This document shows positions 32,433-45,749 of a stretch of 64,000 nt of DNA, in pieces. Each line of letters starts with the position of its first letter. Position 1 is the first letter of the stretch. The position numbers and the translations under genes were made by a program. The stretch comes from Phoronis australis (lineage: Eukaryota; Animalia; Phoronida), in the NCBI GenBank assembly GCA_002633005.1, contig NMRA01000232.1, positions 213,181-277,180 of the forward strand. The letters run 5' to 3'. The notes beneath the pieces were generated by a model, which saw only the letters and a program-made list of their open reading frames with translations, made no database searches and was not told the DNA's origin.

Positions 32433-33986
32433 ACTTAAATTGTTTGGTTGTGGGATGCATAATGTGTTTTGTCCACCGTTTACTGAAGTAATTGCTGGCA
32501 AGGCTAGTATTCTTGTCTCGTGTTTTTCTGATTTTTTGCACTAATGAGAGTCAATAATACCGTCAAATGCTCGTATTACAATTCAGGGGAAGGTCTTCAA
32601 GTCATACAGGTATTGACTACTTATATCTTAGTTCCTCGCCACTAGGAGACATATGTGCCCTAGTGTACAGTCAGTTTCACCATGTATTTACTCACCTCGT
32701 TGGGTAACGTGCGGCATTACCTGTGTTGTTTTGAGCAATATTTAGATTTGAGTGGAGTCGAAGAATTTATGTTAAACGAAACTAGATTGTTCACTGTATA
32801 TTTTTCCTTCTGATAGACTTACTTCTTGTCTGGCCTCATGAATTTCATACATCACTGATAAAATATTTTTCAGTATTTGTCAAGATTTTGGGTAATTTTT
32901 CAACATTCAGCTGGTATTGTGAAGCTAGTCGTATGAATGAAGGTTAATCAATGTGATGTTGATTTCAAGAAATACTGCCAGTTAAAAAATTTAATGAAGT
33001 GATTCTGCAAACAATGTTTTTTATTGTTTCAGCAATGGTGAAATGAATGTGCATTACGAGCTAGTCAGTATTCAGAAGTACAAGTATTTTATGTAACTTA
33101 ATGTTACGTGACTCAGTTTTTTAGTTTGGGTAGAGATTACCTACAAAACAAACAGTCTGATAACAACTTGGTAAAAGATGATTTACACATTTCGTGATTT
33201 CATGATAGTCTCCCCTGACTTCAATGCATCTGTTTAGTCATTGCTCAAACCCATCATGCAGCTGGCTCTATCTTCAATTTATTTGTTCGGTCTGTTTCAA
33301 GTAGCACCACCTACTGGCAATTGATTTGGAAATCTTAGATATTTTCTGAGGTGGTATAAAAGTGTATTATGCAGTTACCTATAAAAATTCAAATTGCACC
33401 TCTGGTTTCAGGAGGTAACGAGTTTTTAGGTACCGTTGTCCATGCAGTCACTGACATTTTTTCGTAAACTACCTCTGCTATTGCCCTTGGTATTGCTGCC
33501 TCAAATTGTGAATCTGCAGTTCCACAGCAATGGATGATTAATCCTTTTCAGTGCATCTGTCAAAGGAAGTGAATTTGTCGACGGGTTATGACGTCTTGAC
33601 TTAAATTGTTGCTATTACAGTGAATCATGTTTGTGAACCTTTCTGAATAATATAGGAATTTCAATATTATTTTACTTGTCCATTGAGATTAGCACAAGTT
33701 TGGCAATCTGTAAATACAGAAAGCTCACATAAATTGTACATGCATAAGACAGATTTTTGCTCAACTCTGACTAAGTCCTGTGGACGGTTACACTAAATGC
33801 ATTAGGTCCTTCATAAAAGTCAGATTTTGCCTTGTGAACAACAATCTCCGTGTCTGATTAAATCAAAGTTATTCAGGTTTCACTGTACATTGACGTGTAC
33901 TGTAATCTTTATCAACAGTGCTTTTGTTTGTTCATTCCTAACTTATAATTTTTTCACTCGTGTGGGATGGGATTTTTACAAATGAC

Positions 33987-33992
33987 AATAAA
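33987..33992 (+). terminator. Probable CTPS polyadenylation signal (3' UTR ~1.6 kb)
   Basis: AATAAA followed ~20-40 nt later by GU/U-rich tttgttttgaatttttgtatttgttg. Confidence 0.6.
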
Positions 33993-34528
33993 GATATTTA
34001 GCAGTAAATTTGTTTTGAATTTTTGTATTTGTTGTAGGTCACCTACTCTACCAGAAACTCCTTCCATGCAAGTTAGACAATGTAGATTGGACTGTAACAT
34101 TCATTGACTTGACGTTTTGTAGGACCCTAGAAAAATGTTCATAATCCATCTTTACTGGGGATTGCATTGCGATGAAAACGGGATATTTTTCATGAAGTGT
34201 CTTCATTCTGAAAAGACAGTAATTTGGTCCTACGCTTCAAATAACCATTTTCAAAAATAATTTGAACTCNTAGTTTTGCAAACTCAAGTTTTACAAAGTA
34301 CCTGAAAATATACTCAGAACAGTTAATTGCTAGGATTTGTACAAATTATTTCCAGGCAGTGATGTGTTGACCAACATGACTAAACCTTCATTTGGTAATT
34401 GTCAAGTGGAAGCGCAAGGCCAAATTTCTGTCTCAGTTTTAAAGTCGACTCTATTCACGAAACTGATCTGCTACAAGCTGATGATTATTTAAAAAAAATT
34501 CACTCAATATCTTGTCAAAAGACATTTA

Positions 34529-36076
34529 GACCGGCAGCCCAGAGCACTTGGCATAGATGAACGAGGTACCAACATCTGCAGACCACGGGAGCATTTAGAG
34601 TCCACCTCAGTATGTACAGAAATGGACGTCTGCCGTTGTTTGCACTCGTTGCGACCAATGGGGGCCTTACAAAGGGCCCAGAAAATGAGCTAGACTAGAT
34701 ATTAGAGGTACCGGCAAAAACTGATTTAAAACGAACAATAGTACCGCACTGAACACCGAATCGGACCCATGACGGACAAATTGCGCTCTGGAATGGTCCG
34801 ACAGAAACCAAAATGAACTAGCACTACATTCGAGGTACCCCAAAAACCAACTTTATTATGTGATTCAATACATGCCACAGATCACTAAAACCCCAGTGAC
34901 AGACAAAATACACTCTGGATTGTGCCCGGCACAAACCCCCAAAAATCTCAACCACGGTATGCCATCAAAAATTTGAGTTAGACTAGATTTTCGAGGTACC
35001 GGCCAAAACTGATTTCAAACGAACAGTACCGCAATGAATGACCCATGACAAACAAATTGCACTCTGGAATGGGTCCGGCAGAAATCAAAAAAGAGCCCCC
35101 AAAAATGAGCTAGCACATACATTCGAGGTACCACAAAAACAATTACATGAAATTCAATACATGTCACAGGTCACTAAATGCCCTATGACCGGCAGACAAA
35201 ATACACTCTGGATTGTGCATGGCAGAAACCCTCAAAAATCTCAACCACGGTATGCCATTTTGAGACAGATTTTCAAGGTATCGGCTTAAAACTAGCAATC
35301 ATGCTGCACTGAACACACAGTGGCCCATGACTTAAATAACGTTTTTCTTACACTTACCGTTTTCGAGTTATTTGACTTCAAATTTCAAAAAAAACTCCAA
35401 AATTTCAATGTTTTCGAAAAATTTATAGAATGTTGCGAAACTATCAATTTAGATAGTTTTGAACGGGCTTTCAGGAGATGTTTTCAATTTTTCGCTAGGA
35501 CGTCTACTTTTCAAATTATTTGAGATTTTCTGATAGGGCTGTTCATTTGTGTTCATTGCGGTACAATTGTTCGTTTAAAACCAGTTTTGGCCGCTGTACC
35601 TCGAAAATCTAGTCTAGCTCAAATTTTTGATGGCATACCGTGGTTGAGATTTTTGGGGGTTTCTGGCTGGCACAATCCAGAGTGTAATTTGTCTGTCACA
35701 GGGCATTTAGTGATCTGTAACATGTATTGAATCACATGGAGTTAGTTTTTTGTGGTACCTCGAATGTATGTGCTAGCTCATTTTGGGGGGTACTTTTTTG
35801 GTTTCTGCCAGACCCATTCCAGAGCGCAATTTGTCTGTCATGGGTCATTCGGTGTTCAGTGCGGTACTATTGTTCGTTTTAAATCGGTTTTGGTTGGTAC
35901 CTCGAATATCTAGTCTAGCTCATTTTTGGGCCCTTTGTAAGCCCCCAGGGGTCACACCCAGAGTGCAGACAACGGCAGACGTCGATTTCTGTACATACTG
36001 AGGTGAACTCTAAATGCTCCCGTGGTCAGATGTTGTTACCTCGTTCATCTATGCTAAGTGCTCTGGGCTGCCGGTC
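34529..36076. mobile_element. 1.55 kb fold-back element with long TIRs made of internal ~290-bp tandem units
   Basis: gaccggcagcccagagcacttggcatagatgaacgagg mirrors cctcgttcatctatgctaagtgctctgggctgccggtc. Left-arm units start at ~34682, ~34968 and ~35260; the right arm has one fewer. No clear TSD. Confidence 0.85.
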
Positions 36077-37708
36077 CTTTTTGGTAAATTATACCAATTA
36101 AAAACTATCCAGTTACATAGGAACCTGGTAAAATGTCCAGACCTGGCCAACTTCAGGACATCACATCTGAGAAATGGCTGATTGGACTCATATGAAGCTT
36201 TTAGGTACTGTCCGTCGTGCAGTATCCTCCAAACCACTGTTGATTTTTAGAATACTCCACTTTATTTGCATACTAAAGAGGAATTTGCATGTTCCTAACT
36301 ATGCTAATGTATAGCAGAAACTAAACGACACTGCTATTTGAACATCATCTGTGCTAAACAAAGTGCAACTGTATTCAACAACTGTTGTGGAAACAAAAAA
36401 TTCTGTGAATAAGGTGACCTTTGCACTAATGACATAACTTGGGGGCTCACATACCCCGCATCATGCAGTGTAATTCCTCAACACCATGTCAGGGTACTTA
36501 TTGGATACGCTTGAGTGATTTACAGCACATCATTTTTGACAGAAAAATCGTTCTTAAAAACATTTGGCAATTTTCAACCTCCTTCATATTCACACGGTCG
36601 TTATATGTGGTGTCTCTAACCAATTTGACCAAGCAATCATAGAGATGAGCTTGGCGTGCCAGTTCCACATCAAAGCGGTAATCAAAACTGGGACACCTGA
36701 TGGATGAGGCTTAAGGCAGGGATTCAGCATGCTTTAAATTAAGGGTCACCAGTTTCCGCAGCAATCAACCAATACATGTACAAAAACTCAGTTGTCCCAC
36801 ATTTCCAGAACCAACTTTTTCCACTCAATAACAGGCAACTAACTTTTTCCAAAATCTGGGACCCCTGTAAGTCACGATTGCCAAAGCTGCAATGCATAAA
36901 ATCTGACTATAAAGGGATAGTAAGGGACAACGAACCTGCAAATTGCGTCAAATAACAACTTATGATTCATGTCACATACTACAACAAACTCCATCTTGTT
37001 TCTTGCTCAAATTAGAAACAATTTCTACACTTGACAAAAAAATAAAAGATTCTTATTACCTCAGACCATGATCATAAAGTTGTCACAGCAGGTTAGTTTC
37101 AGTCGCCATGACAGCATGGCCATCAGAGGAATTCCAGGCAATTTCTGGTAGGAAATTTCAACTCAAAAGAGCGCCATGGTGAAGAAATGTGTTGTTTTCA
37201 TAGCGGCTTTAAATGTGAAAGTTATCAGCAGAAAATAGGCATACCCACACAATGTACAACTTAAGTCACCTTGTTCTCTTATTAAAGTGAAATCTCACCA
37301 ATTTTACACAAAATGGCAAAATTATAACCCTTTTTTACTTTTAAATGCTTCTATCAGTATTATGAATGGTCACATTCTTTCAAAACATTATCCGATGGTA
37401 GCTATGGTGAAGAAATTGAAGAAAGAAAAACATATTTCGTGCGATGTAACTTTTACGAAATATAGAGCAATAAAAGTTCACCCGTCCTTCACATTATGTC
37501 CTAAATACAATAGACGAGATTTCACAGTAGAAACTAATACTGACTTTCATAGCTCTTCAACCTCACAATTTCATGAAATTTCTAATTGACTGTTTTCACT
37601 GTCAGGGATTTTCCTTCGCGATATTCACTTTAATATAAGAAGATCTTGACAAATCGTTGATCAATCTGTACTGCACACAGTGTCTGAGTTTTTGGCAAAG
37701 TACATATG

Positions 37709-37874
37709 CTAGACTGCCGTTCCACGTTCCAGGTTCTGTTTGATCTCTGTTGTGTATTTGCCATAGAATCTCTCCAGTTTTTGATTGAACTTCATATTGC
37801 GTGTGTTAATGTAGTCTATATCGGCATCATCATCGTGTGTGCGCCGTCTACTGTACTTGGCTCTTTTCTCGATC
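37709..37874 (-). CDS. SYF2: SYF2 exon 7 ([11 protein letters not shown]...NLERGTAV stop)
   Basis: Acceptor ttccaatag; TAG at 37711-37709; 166 nt. Confidence 0.97.
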
Positions 37875-40800
37875 CTATTGGAAGAAAAACATGTTAGAAA
37901 AGGGACTTTGAACTTAAAGGGGCACTATCAGCTTCAAAGACTTCTTAAAGTTATTAGCTTTGACCAGAGTAATAAAACAAGAAAATCCATTGTGTTTTGT
38001 GATTTCATTACAAGTTTCCAATTATCACCATTACCTGGCAGACATTCGCTGAAATCAAGACTAGCCATTTTATGAGCTCAATACGCTTAAAATACTTTGC
38101 CATTTATTGAGCTGGATTTAGCTTTGCCAGCAGAGAATTAAGCCATGACTACAAGGTTTCAGTTTCAAATCCAAGCTGAAACTGATCTCAGACAATGAAT
38201 TTCTCTCCTCTAAAAATGCAATTTTATACACTGAAGTTAGACAAGCAATCACATCACAACTCATTTGCTACACTAATCAAATGCAAGGGTCTTACAAACA
38301 AGCTGAAGTCATTTACAAAATATGATATGAAAGCTAATTCACAATACACGTGACATGGTCCTAACAACTTGCATATAGCTCAGTTGAGTGGCAAGTCTAA
38401 GCCTATAAACCCCTGACACCAGCATAGCCAAAGGGGAGCAATGGAGGGGGGCTCAGATAATCACGGACATTACCAAAATTTGTATTTGACTTGTGGTAAG
38501 TGATGGCCTTGGTGAGATCCATTATGACATTTTATCTCATGCCTCCTGAAAAATACATTTGGCTATGCCAGTGACACCTGGTGTGCCACACAAAGCAACA
38601 GCTGTTCGAAGACACAACTTACTGTTTTTCAACATCATCAACAAGCCTGTTGATCGCATCCTCTGAATCTTTGTGCTCAGTGACACCTAGCGTATCTGTG
38701 GTTGGATAGAAAGCTTCACCCCTGCAATTACAAAGAGGAAACATAATCTTCAACTGTATTTCAAAAAGATTAAACTGTACACTTCCACCACAACCTTTCA
38801 TCAACTGATTAAAGAACTGACCAAAGACAGGAATTGGAATCTCATTGGCCGGATTTAACAATTACAAACACTGTTGGCAGACTTAATGTTAAAGAAAACA
38901 GCAATGCATATGTGATTCCAACATATGTTCCGGTGGAGACCACGTGACTTGACAAACGGTGTGGAAAGTTGCAGTGTTGCTGTTGCCAAAGAACACAGAC
39001 TCAATAACAGGTTTGTTTTACCATGTACTTTTCACATTGAATGTCAACTGAACAAACCAAAACATTCAGTATTTTACAGAGTCTCACTCACAGTTTCTCC
39101 TTTTCCCTGTCATAGTTTTGCATGTCAGGCTTCAGCTGCTTCGTCAATCTTTGATATTGTCTGTGTGTAGCTGCTTCATAATCTAGAACACAAGAGAAGC
39201 TAGACACTCAATTTGCTTTCACAAACAGCACTACACAATCTTGGCTTTTCATTCTTTTTAGGTCTGCAGGTTTTGTTTACATTTACACAATAGATGTCAT
39301 TCGTTATATGCCGAGGCACTGTGGAAATAGATAAAATAATAAGACTACATGCTTGTTTTATTTGTCTGTTGACATTTCTTCGATAAAATAAGCATTGATT
39401 GACAACATTTGGACATTTCGCTCTGCAGTCAGTTTTCAATTTTTCACCCACTCAATGTTTGTCCACTGTAATACAACATAAATATTTTTCAGATGTCGAA
39501 ACCTGTTTTCATAAAATCAAATTTGAGCCTGAAGAATGGATCACAACTGGTTGATATCTAGAAACAGTGCAGTAGACTTTTATACACAAGACTGAAGCAA
39601 ATCCAAAAACTTAAAATAATTACTAGAGATCCTGATTTTCTGCAATACTGGAAAACGAATGAAATTTACAAAATCTGACTTCTTTCATGAAGAATGGTAA
39701 AAGCTCTAACATCAAATTCTACAGTCTTTCTACTTTCAGAAAACGCGATATATTTACGGAGCTAACTAAAATTTTTAAATTTTCTAGAGATTTTGTCATA
39801 TGCACAAACTTGCGATAAAGTCCTACATAACTTTAAATCAAAAGTTGGTTTTAATGACACACAGGTTTAAGTCAATTTTAATAACTGAAAGCTGCCACTT
39901 CAAAGAGAGATCTTATTTAATGTGTAGTCAAAGATATAAAGCCCCCAAGGAAACTGGGGATTTTTTATAGATTTACTCCTGGTGTCCTATCAAAAATTGA
40001 CCAAACACAATTCGAAATGCCTAATCAAACATTAACCTTTTTACGGATAAAGCGGAAAATTCTATGTACAATGAAGTGCAAGATTCAAGGGTAGTGTTCA
40101 AGTAATAATTGCTTACGTACACACGTTAACTGCAGAACTTCACCTGAGAAGTATTTCTCACTTCTTATTACTTTGATGCAGAAAGACCCTAGTTAAACAT
40201 CCAACCTATTCTGCATGGCAAACAAGAAGATAACAAAGATGCCACACCTGAAAACCCTTGGTCGGAGTTCTTCTTTTTCTTTCTTTTCTCCCATTTTTCA
40301 GCCTCATCCGCACCCACCTCCAACAGCTTGACTCTTTCAAAATTTTCACCTTTGGCTTCACATTCCTGAAATAAATCACGTGATGAGCATCTTCACATTA
40401 AGTGGCATTACACTATCAACACTTCACATTAAATGGCATTACACTATCAACACTTCACACACAATGCCACGAAGATGTGTAAACAAATGTACAGCAAGCA
40501 AATGCATACTCGTGTAGGATAAGCTAAATACAGTGTAGAGATGAGAGTGGGTGTTCATCAAAAAAAAACAGAGGATAAGATAATGACGTCTTTGAGAACA
40601 TTTGAGGGGGAGGTCGGGGGGTGAACTTTTGTAGCAATAAAATAGCGTTCTATCGAATTCGTGTCTGATTTAAATGCGACATTATTGCACCTAGCTGTTA
40701 ATTGTCTATTTATGTAATGTACTTGAGCAGCAAGTTATTGCAATTTTGACATGGTGAATGGAGCATCAGCTGTCGAGATTTTGTTAAGATGTAGCCAGAA

Positions 40801-43237
40801 TTTTCAATGAAATTACACGGATAATTAGTGACAATTTGGTAATCAAAACGTTGTCCAGTTTATTTAAAAAACTAATGTATGTTGATTGGGTAGTCTTGTT
40901 TTGTATTACACTTGACTGAAGATAAAATTCGAGCTCGGAAATAAGGTGAGTGAACACTTTTGGCATTCTATTATTAAACTATGCTAGGAATACCACTCTT
41001 GGGAGGCATTTCTGGCAAGTAAACTTGTTTCAAACTCGGTTTAGCTTTGCTTGAAATATAAGATTCTTGGGCTTGTGAAAAAATGTGCAGTCACAGCATT
41101 TTTCATCAACAAACACCAAACAGAAAAATCCCAACCTTCTTCAGCTTGTCTTGCCCCTCCTCCCATTCCACTCGTCTCTTCTTAGCCTCCCAATTAGCTG
41201 GCAGCTTGCTCCGCCTATCTTCCTCCACCACCTCCTGGTGATTTAGCTTCCTGGCCTCGTTCTGAAAGTAGGTCACACTGCACAAGTATAACTCTGGTGA
41301 AAAAGTGATTAATATATCTACCTGTGGTAAAATTTAGTCTAATGAAGATAAACAAAGTCTTGAAAATGCTGATTAGCCAAGAACTAATGAAGAACCGGAA
41401 CATTTCAGGAATTTTCTTAAATTATCAAGTACTGGTAAGCAGCTCTAGAGATAGATACAGTTTGCGACAAATGCAATCAGACAAAATACAGTTCCCCCAT
41501 CATGACATGTGCTGGCGCATCAAGACGGGTTATTCTAATGCTATCCTGATGGTGGTGGAGCTGGCACTTGCACTCAGCCATCATGAGGGAGATTTCTGGG
41601 TCATTTCATCCATTTTTGGCATGATTGTACAGTAAAGACCTTGAAAAATATTATGTGTCCACCAGTTGTGGATCAGGCTCAGAACGATATATGCAACTTA
41701 TATCAAGAACAACCAAAGTCTCTTAACGGGCTTGAATACCACATTGTGACTGAAAGAGTTTGTGTAAATAAAGGAATGACAAAACTGACAAAACAGAGTT
41801 GACTAACATAAGTAATCAGTTCTAACCCTTCTCATATGAAGTTCTTTTAGCTTGTTCATACGCTCAGCCTTTGAGGAGCCTGCACTACTCGATCCAGCCA
41901 TATTCTGCAAGAACATTTAGACTGATACAAACGTATATGTAACATATTGCCAGGAATAGTACAACATTCAATTCACACAACATTACTGACTCGGGGTATA
42001 TGCCAATTGTACAGAGCCTGGAATTGAGGAATTTTGATCACAATGATAAAGACACAGGATATAAAACTTCACTCTTTCAACCTTAGGGCAAGTGATGCAA
42101 TTGTGTGAGAGGAAATGGATGTGAGGAGACCACGTGTAAAGACTTCTCAATACATAGATAGGACATAAAACAATATAGTTGTGACTGGAAGCATACTTAC
42201 TAGTACTCAAAGACACTATAAATCAGCATTCCATTCAACAAGCAAATTTTTTATATAAACCACTTACTGCCATAAAATTGGCCTCAACTTGTTCCTTACT
42301 CTGATGACAAGCGATATTTTGGGTTTTGAAAGAACTGACAGCTGGTTCTTTGCCGACAGGTCCATTCGCAACAAAATTATCCATAAAATGAAATCTGATG
42401 ACGGCGCCAAGTCGTTTCGATGAATTAGTGCAGCGAGTTTGCACGTGCTTTAGTCGTCTGCACTAATTCATCGAAACGACTTGGCGCTGTCATAGGATTT
42501 CATTTTATGGATAATTTTGTTGTGAATGGACCTGTGTTCTAGCAGCATATATGTCAAAACACTCGAGCTGAAATTTGGCTATAAGGTGCCCGCAGCCATT
42601 ACGTGGTTAGTCAGTTTTCCGTGGTGTGGCGTATGAGGAAACATGGTGTCCGATATTTAGGTTCTCCAAAGGTTTGCTTGTTGTGTTTTTTAAAGATCAG
42701 TCGGAACATAAATGTGGCATTTAATGACAAGATATAGTAACAGAACAATTCCGTGAAGGTAAGTCTTTATTTCAGCAAAGAATTTACAACAATCCATAGT
42801 ATTTTCAATTAAATAAAATGCAAAATGTGCCAAAACGTCCGATAATTAGGTCACCGTAGATATGGACACTTTTGAAGGGGTTGAATGCTTCAAAGTGATT
42901 TCAATAAATTAGACAGTTAAACTTTCATACGCCTGTCTTAATAAAAAGGCTGAAATTCAGGACTACGAGTTGTCATCTGACTGAGAGTCTAAGAAGTGAA
43001 ATGCAAAATCGAGACTTTGAAGTTCGACATTTCATCTTCGATTTTGGCTGAATAGTTGAAGACTGGCATTGAGTCTCCCTTTTTTACGTGTTTACTTCTA
43101 TTAGTTACGCAATAACACAGTATTAATACGATTGACATTACAAGCGGATAATTAAAACACCTCGGGGCTTTTAATCAACAATTGTGATGACTGTAAACTA
43201 GCAAAAGCGAAAAAAATTAGTAACTCACCGACGCCAT
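37709..43237 (-). CDS. SYF2: Pre-mRNA-splicing factor SYF2 (p29), complete: 7 exons, 687 nt, 228 aa
   Basis: complement join 43229-43237,41827-41904,41136-41261,40248-40365,39092-39182,38623-38721,37709-37874. All GT-AG with consistent phases. Contains [55 protein letters not shown] and [21 protein letters not shown] stop. Confidence 0.96.
38417..38573. mobile_element. Old hAT-like MITE in SYF2 intron 6
   Basis: caccagcatagccaaa / tttggctatgccagtg; degenerate 8-bp flanks acccctga / acacctgg. Confidence 0.45.
38623..38721 (-). CDS. SYF2: SYF2 exon 6 (GEAFYPT...DDVEKQ)
   Basis: ttgcag| ... CA|gtaagt; 99 nt. Confidence 0.96.
39092..39182 (-). CDS. SYF2: SYF2 exon 5 ([20 protein letters not shown]...)
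   Basis: ttctag| ... CT|gtgagt; 91 nt. Confidence 0.96.
40248..40365 (-). CDS. SYF2: SYF2 exon 4 ([16 protein letters not shown]...QGFS)
   Basis: tttcag| ... CAG|gtgtgg; 118 nt. Confidence 0.96.
40391..40459. repeat. 31-bp tandem duplication (~2.2 copies) just upstream of the SYF2 exon 4 acceptor
   Basis: cttcacattaagtggcattacactatcaaca; units start at 40391, 40422 and 40453. Confidence 0.88.
41136..41261 (-). CDS. SYF2: SYF2 exon 3 ([15 protein letters not shown]...KLKK)
   Basis: tttcag| ... AAG|gttggg; 126 nt. Confidence 0.97.
41827..41904 (-). CDS. SYF2: SYF2 exon 2 ([26 protein letters not shown])
   Basis: ttgcag| ... AGG|gttaga; 78 nt; matches human RLRKFRELHLMR. Confidence 0.92.
42356..42535. 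mobile_element. 180-bp near-perfect hairpin MITE in SYF2 intron 1
   Basis: ~78-bp arms acaggtccattcgcaacaaaattatcc...gaattagtgcag / ctgcactaattc...gaatggacctgt with few mismatches. Confidence 0.85.
43229..43237 (-). CDS. SYF2: SYF2 exon 1, coding part (MAS)
   Basis: caaaATGGCGTCG|gtgagt: strong initiation context (YY1-like AAAATGGCG) and a phase-0 donor matching exon 2. Confidence 0.8.
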
Positions 43238-43310
43238 TTTGTTTACTAACTTTCAAATTTCCGAACACTAAAGAGCTCATGTTCACAGTCACCAGGTGGC
43301 ACTGTCCTCA
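43238..43310 (-). promoter_or_regulatory. SYF2 5' UTR / core promoter with a CTCF-like motif
   Basis: Immediately upstream of the ATG exon; tcaccaggtggcac at 43289-43302. Confidence 0.4.
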
Positions 43311-45284
43311 CAGTGTGCATAGAAATAAAACCAGAGAAATGTCAGCTAGGTTGTGAAGGGTTCCCGACAAATGTCCTAATTTCGATACCTTCTGAACGTT
43401 ATAACTCAGAAAGGATTATTGCATTCCTGTGAGATTCTTTATTATTACATGCTTTCCACCCTGTTCGCCAAAACACTTCAGAAATTATTTTCAAAATGTT
43501 CTACGTTTGCACGAGGGCTGTAAAAAGGACCTACACGTGATTGTTATAAAAAAAAACATAATTTGTATGAAATGAAAACGATGTGAAAATTAAGAAAACT
43601 ATGATAGATTGCTACCGTTATTTTCGTGATTTTACCTTCTCTCTTTTTTACATTTTAAAAAGACATGGTCACCTGACTCGATTACTATAGGAATTATAAG
43701 AAATCAAAATTAAATTTTACAGGTTTTTCACTTTCATAAAATATATGATTCCACTTAGTTAGTATTCGTATAGTTTTATAGATATTTGTTTAAATCTTGG
43801 AACCAGTTATTGGTCCCTAGGTTAAATTAACCGATAAGATCCTGCATAACCTTATCGATATAATACAAAACCAAAAACTCAACAAAACCAATAAACTTAA
43901 TCATTTTCTTATTTTATTTATTCCAATTGTTGGTCGTGCACCAATGTTCGCCATAGGAACAGATATTTAATTTCTACGCTGAAAAAAACGCTCAAAAATG
44001 AATAGTGGAACGCAATTACTTACTGGAGTAACTGTAATGTCTTGCATTGATGCCATTCATTCTGTTGTAAACATATTGCTAGTTTCACCACTCTCAATAG
44101 TCTATTGGCTAACGCGTAGGTACTGCTTTTATCAGCATCCGAAAAAGCGTCCCACATCTATCCAATAGTCCTGATCTGATGTACACTATTATCTACAGTT
44201 TGACTCAACCCGCGTCTCGTCCAAAAAGTGAGCCCGTTTTGATTCCCCTTATCGCTATAAATCTGGTCTCAACTTGTTCCTTACTCAGATGAGAAGTAAT
44301 TTCTGACTGCGAAATGGCAGTTGGTGTAATTCCTTGAGGCCTATGCTCTAACATTGCATAGATCAAGCCCCGTGTGAGTCGTATATATATATATATAGGG
44401 GTCAGTATTCTTTTTGTTTAATCATTCAGGTTGTGCTCCTGTTTTTCAAAATGTCTATTCCAAGTGAACTTGGGAGCGGCAAAAATGAACAAATGTTGCG
44501 TAATGCCACCTGCATATTGTCAGAGTTTATTCATGTAATCGTTCAGTTGATGACAATCTTCTTGGAATCACCATGTCAGTCGCATGGAATAAACATTTAA
44601 GGAAAAAGTACTCGCTAATGTTTGAATGCGTGCTCAAGTGGGCGTGACTACCAACCATGCAATGTCTATCCTGGGCGCCCGAAGTACTTGAGATGTGGTA
44701 AAACGACCAGCTGGCATTCCCACACTGCTCATCACCTTGCCCTCTTGTGTGACACCAAATTTGTCGTTTTTTGACATGAAGTTGTCAGATGAATAGTTTA
44801 AGAAAATCTGCAACTCCGAAGGCTATTTTGTAAGTCATTGGAAATATTCTCAACAATAATGTCTTGATTGATGCAAACATCTGGGTCGGAGAAATTCCAG
44901 AAGAAAAACAAAAATTTCTTAAAGTGCTCATGTTTTCATTAACTGAACTAACGGAATAACTTATTACTTGAAGTAACATATTTTCTAGAAAAACAAGGGT
45001 CAGAAATGATCTGTTGACGCCGAGTGTCGCCCTTCACCGCAACATATCACGTGCGCCAAAAGACCGTCACGTGACACTTTATTGTTGCTGAAGCTAAAAA
45101 AACGAATATTAACAGAAAACGCCATGGCATTTCCAGGAACGAAAATAAAGATTTTTATTCAGTTCACTGAGGTTAATTTCAATGTTTTTTTTTAAGAAAC
45201 ATGTTGGTTTACTTAACTTAATTGCACTTAGAGCTTAAGTACACTATTTCCGTCGTCAATTTTGTACACTTAGTGGGGTTTGAT

Positions 45285-45438
45285 CAGTGCTGCAGCTGTA
45301 GTGGTAAAATTAGAGGCGCCCAAAGCTCACCGCATCCCCTTGAGCACTGAACGTAACTTACGGTGCGTAGGCGCTACGTTCAAATTCCATAAGGTGGTTG
45401 GCTGCGCCTACGTGCGCCTACGTCCCACTACAGCACTG
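45285..45438. mobile_element. 154-bp hAT MITE with canonical 8-bp TSD
   Basis: TIRs cagtgctg(cagct)gtagtgg / ccactacagcactg; ggtttgat duplicated at 45277-45284 and 45439-45446. Confidence 0.88.
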
Positions 45439-45749
45439 GGTTTGATCAACGTCAGTTAGTCGTTTTCAGTCTCCCAGTGTCCTAATACATGAACTGTTCA
45501 AGTGAAACTGTACTTGAAAGTGATGTACTGGATATAGGCGCACGCCATCATTTATAAAATAATGCCCCGAAACTTTATCTTTGATGTGCAGTGAAGACTT
45601 GTGAATGATACAGAGCATGCTAGCAAACAACGGACTTCAACGTGATAACATCACATCAGCACCAGCGTCTAATCCCGGCCGCCCACTCTCCCTCTTAGCT
45701 TGACTGTGCACTCTTTCCGCCTTCAAAACAATTTTGTACCGGAAAGCCA

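Noticed and set aside
37000-37700. SYF2 polyadenylation signal
   Set aside because: Only an ATTAAA variant (37629-37634 on -) was seen, too weak to call
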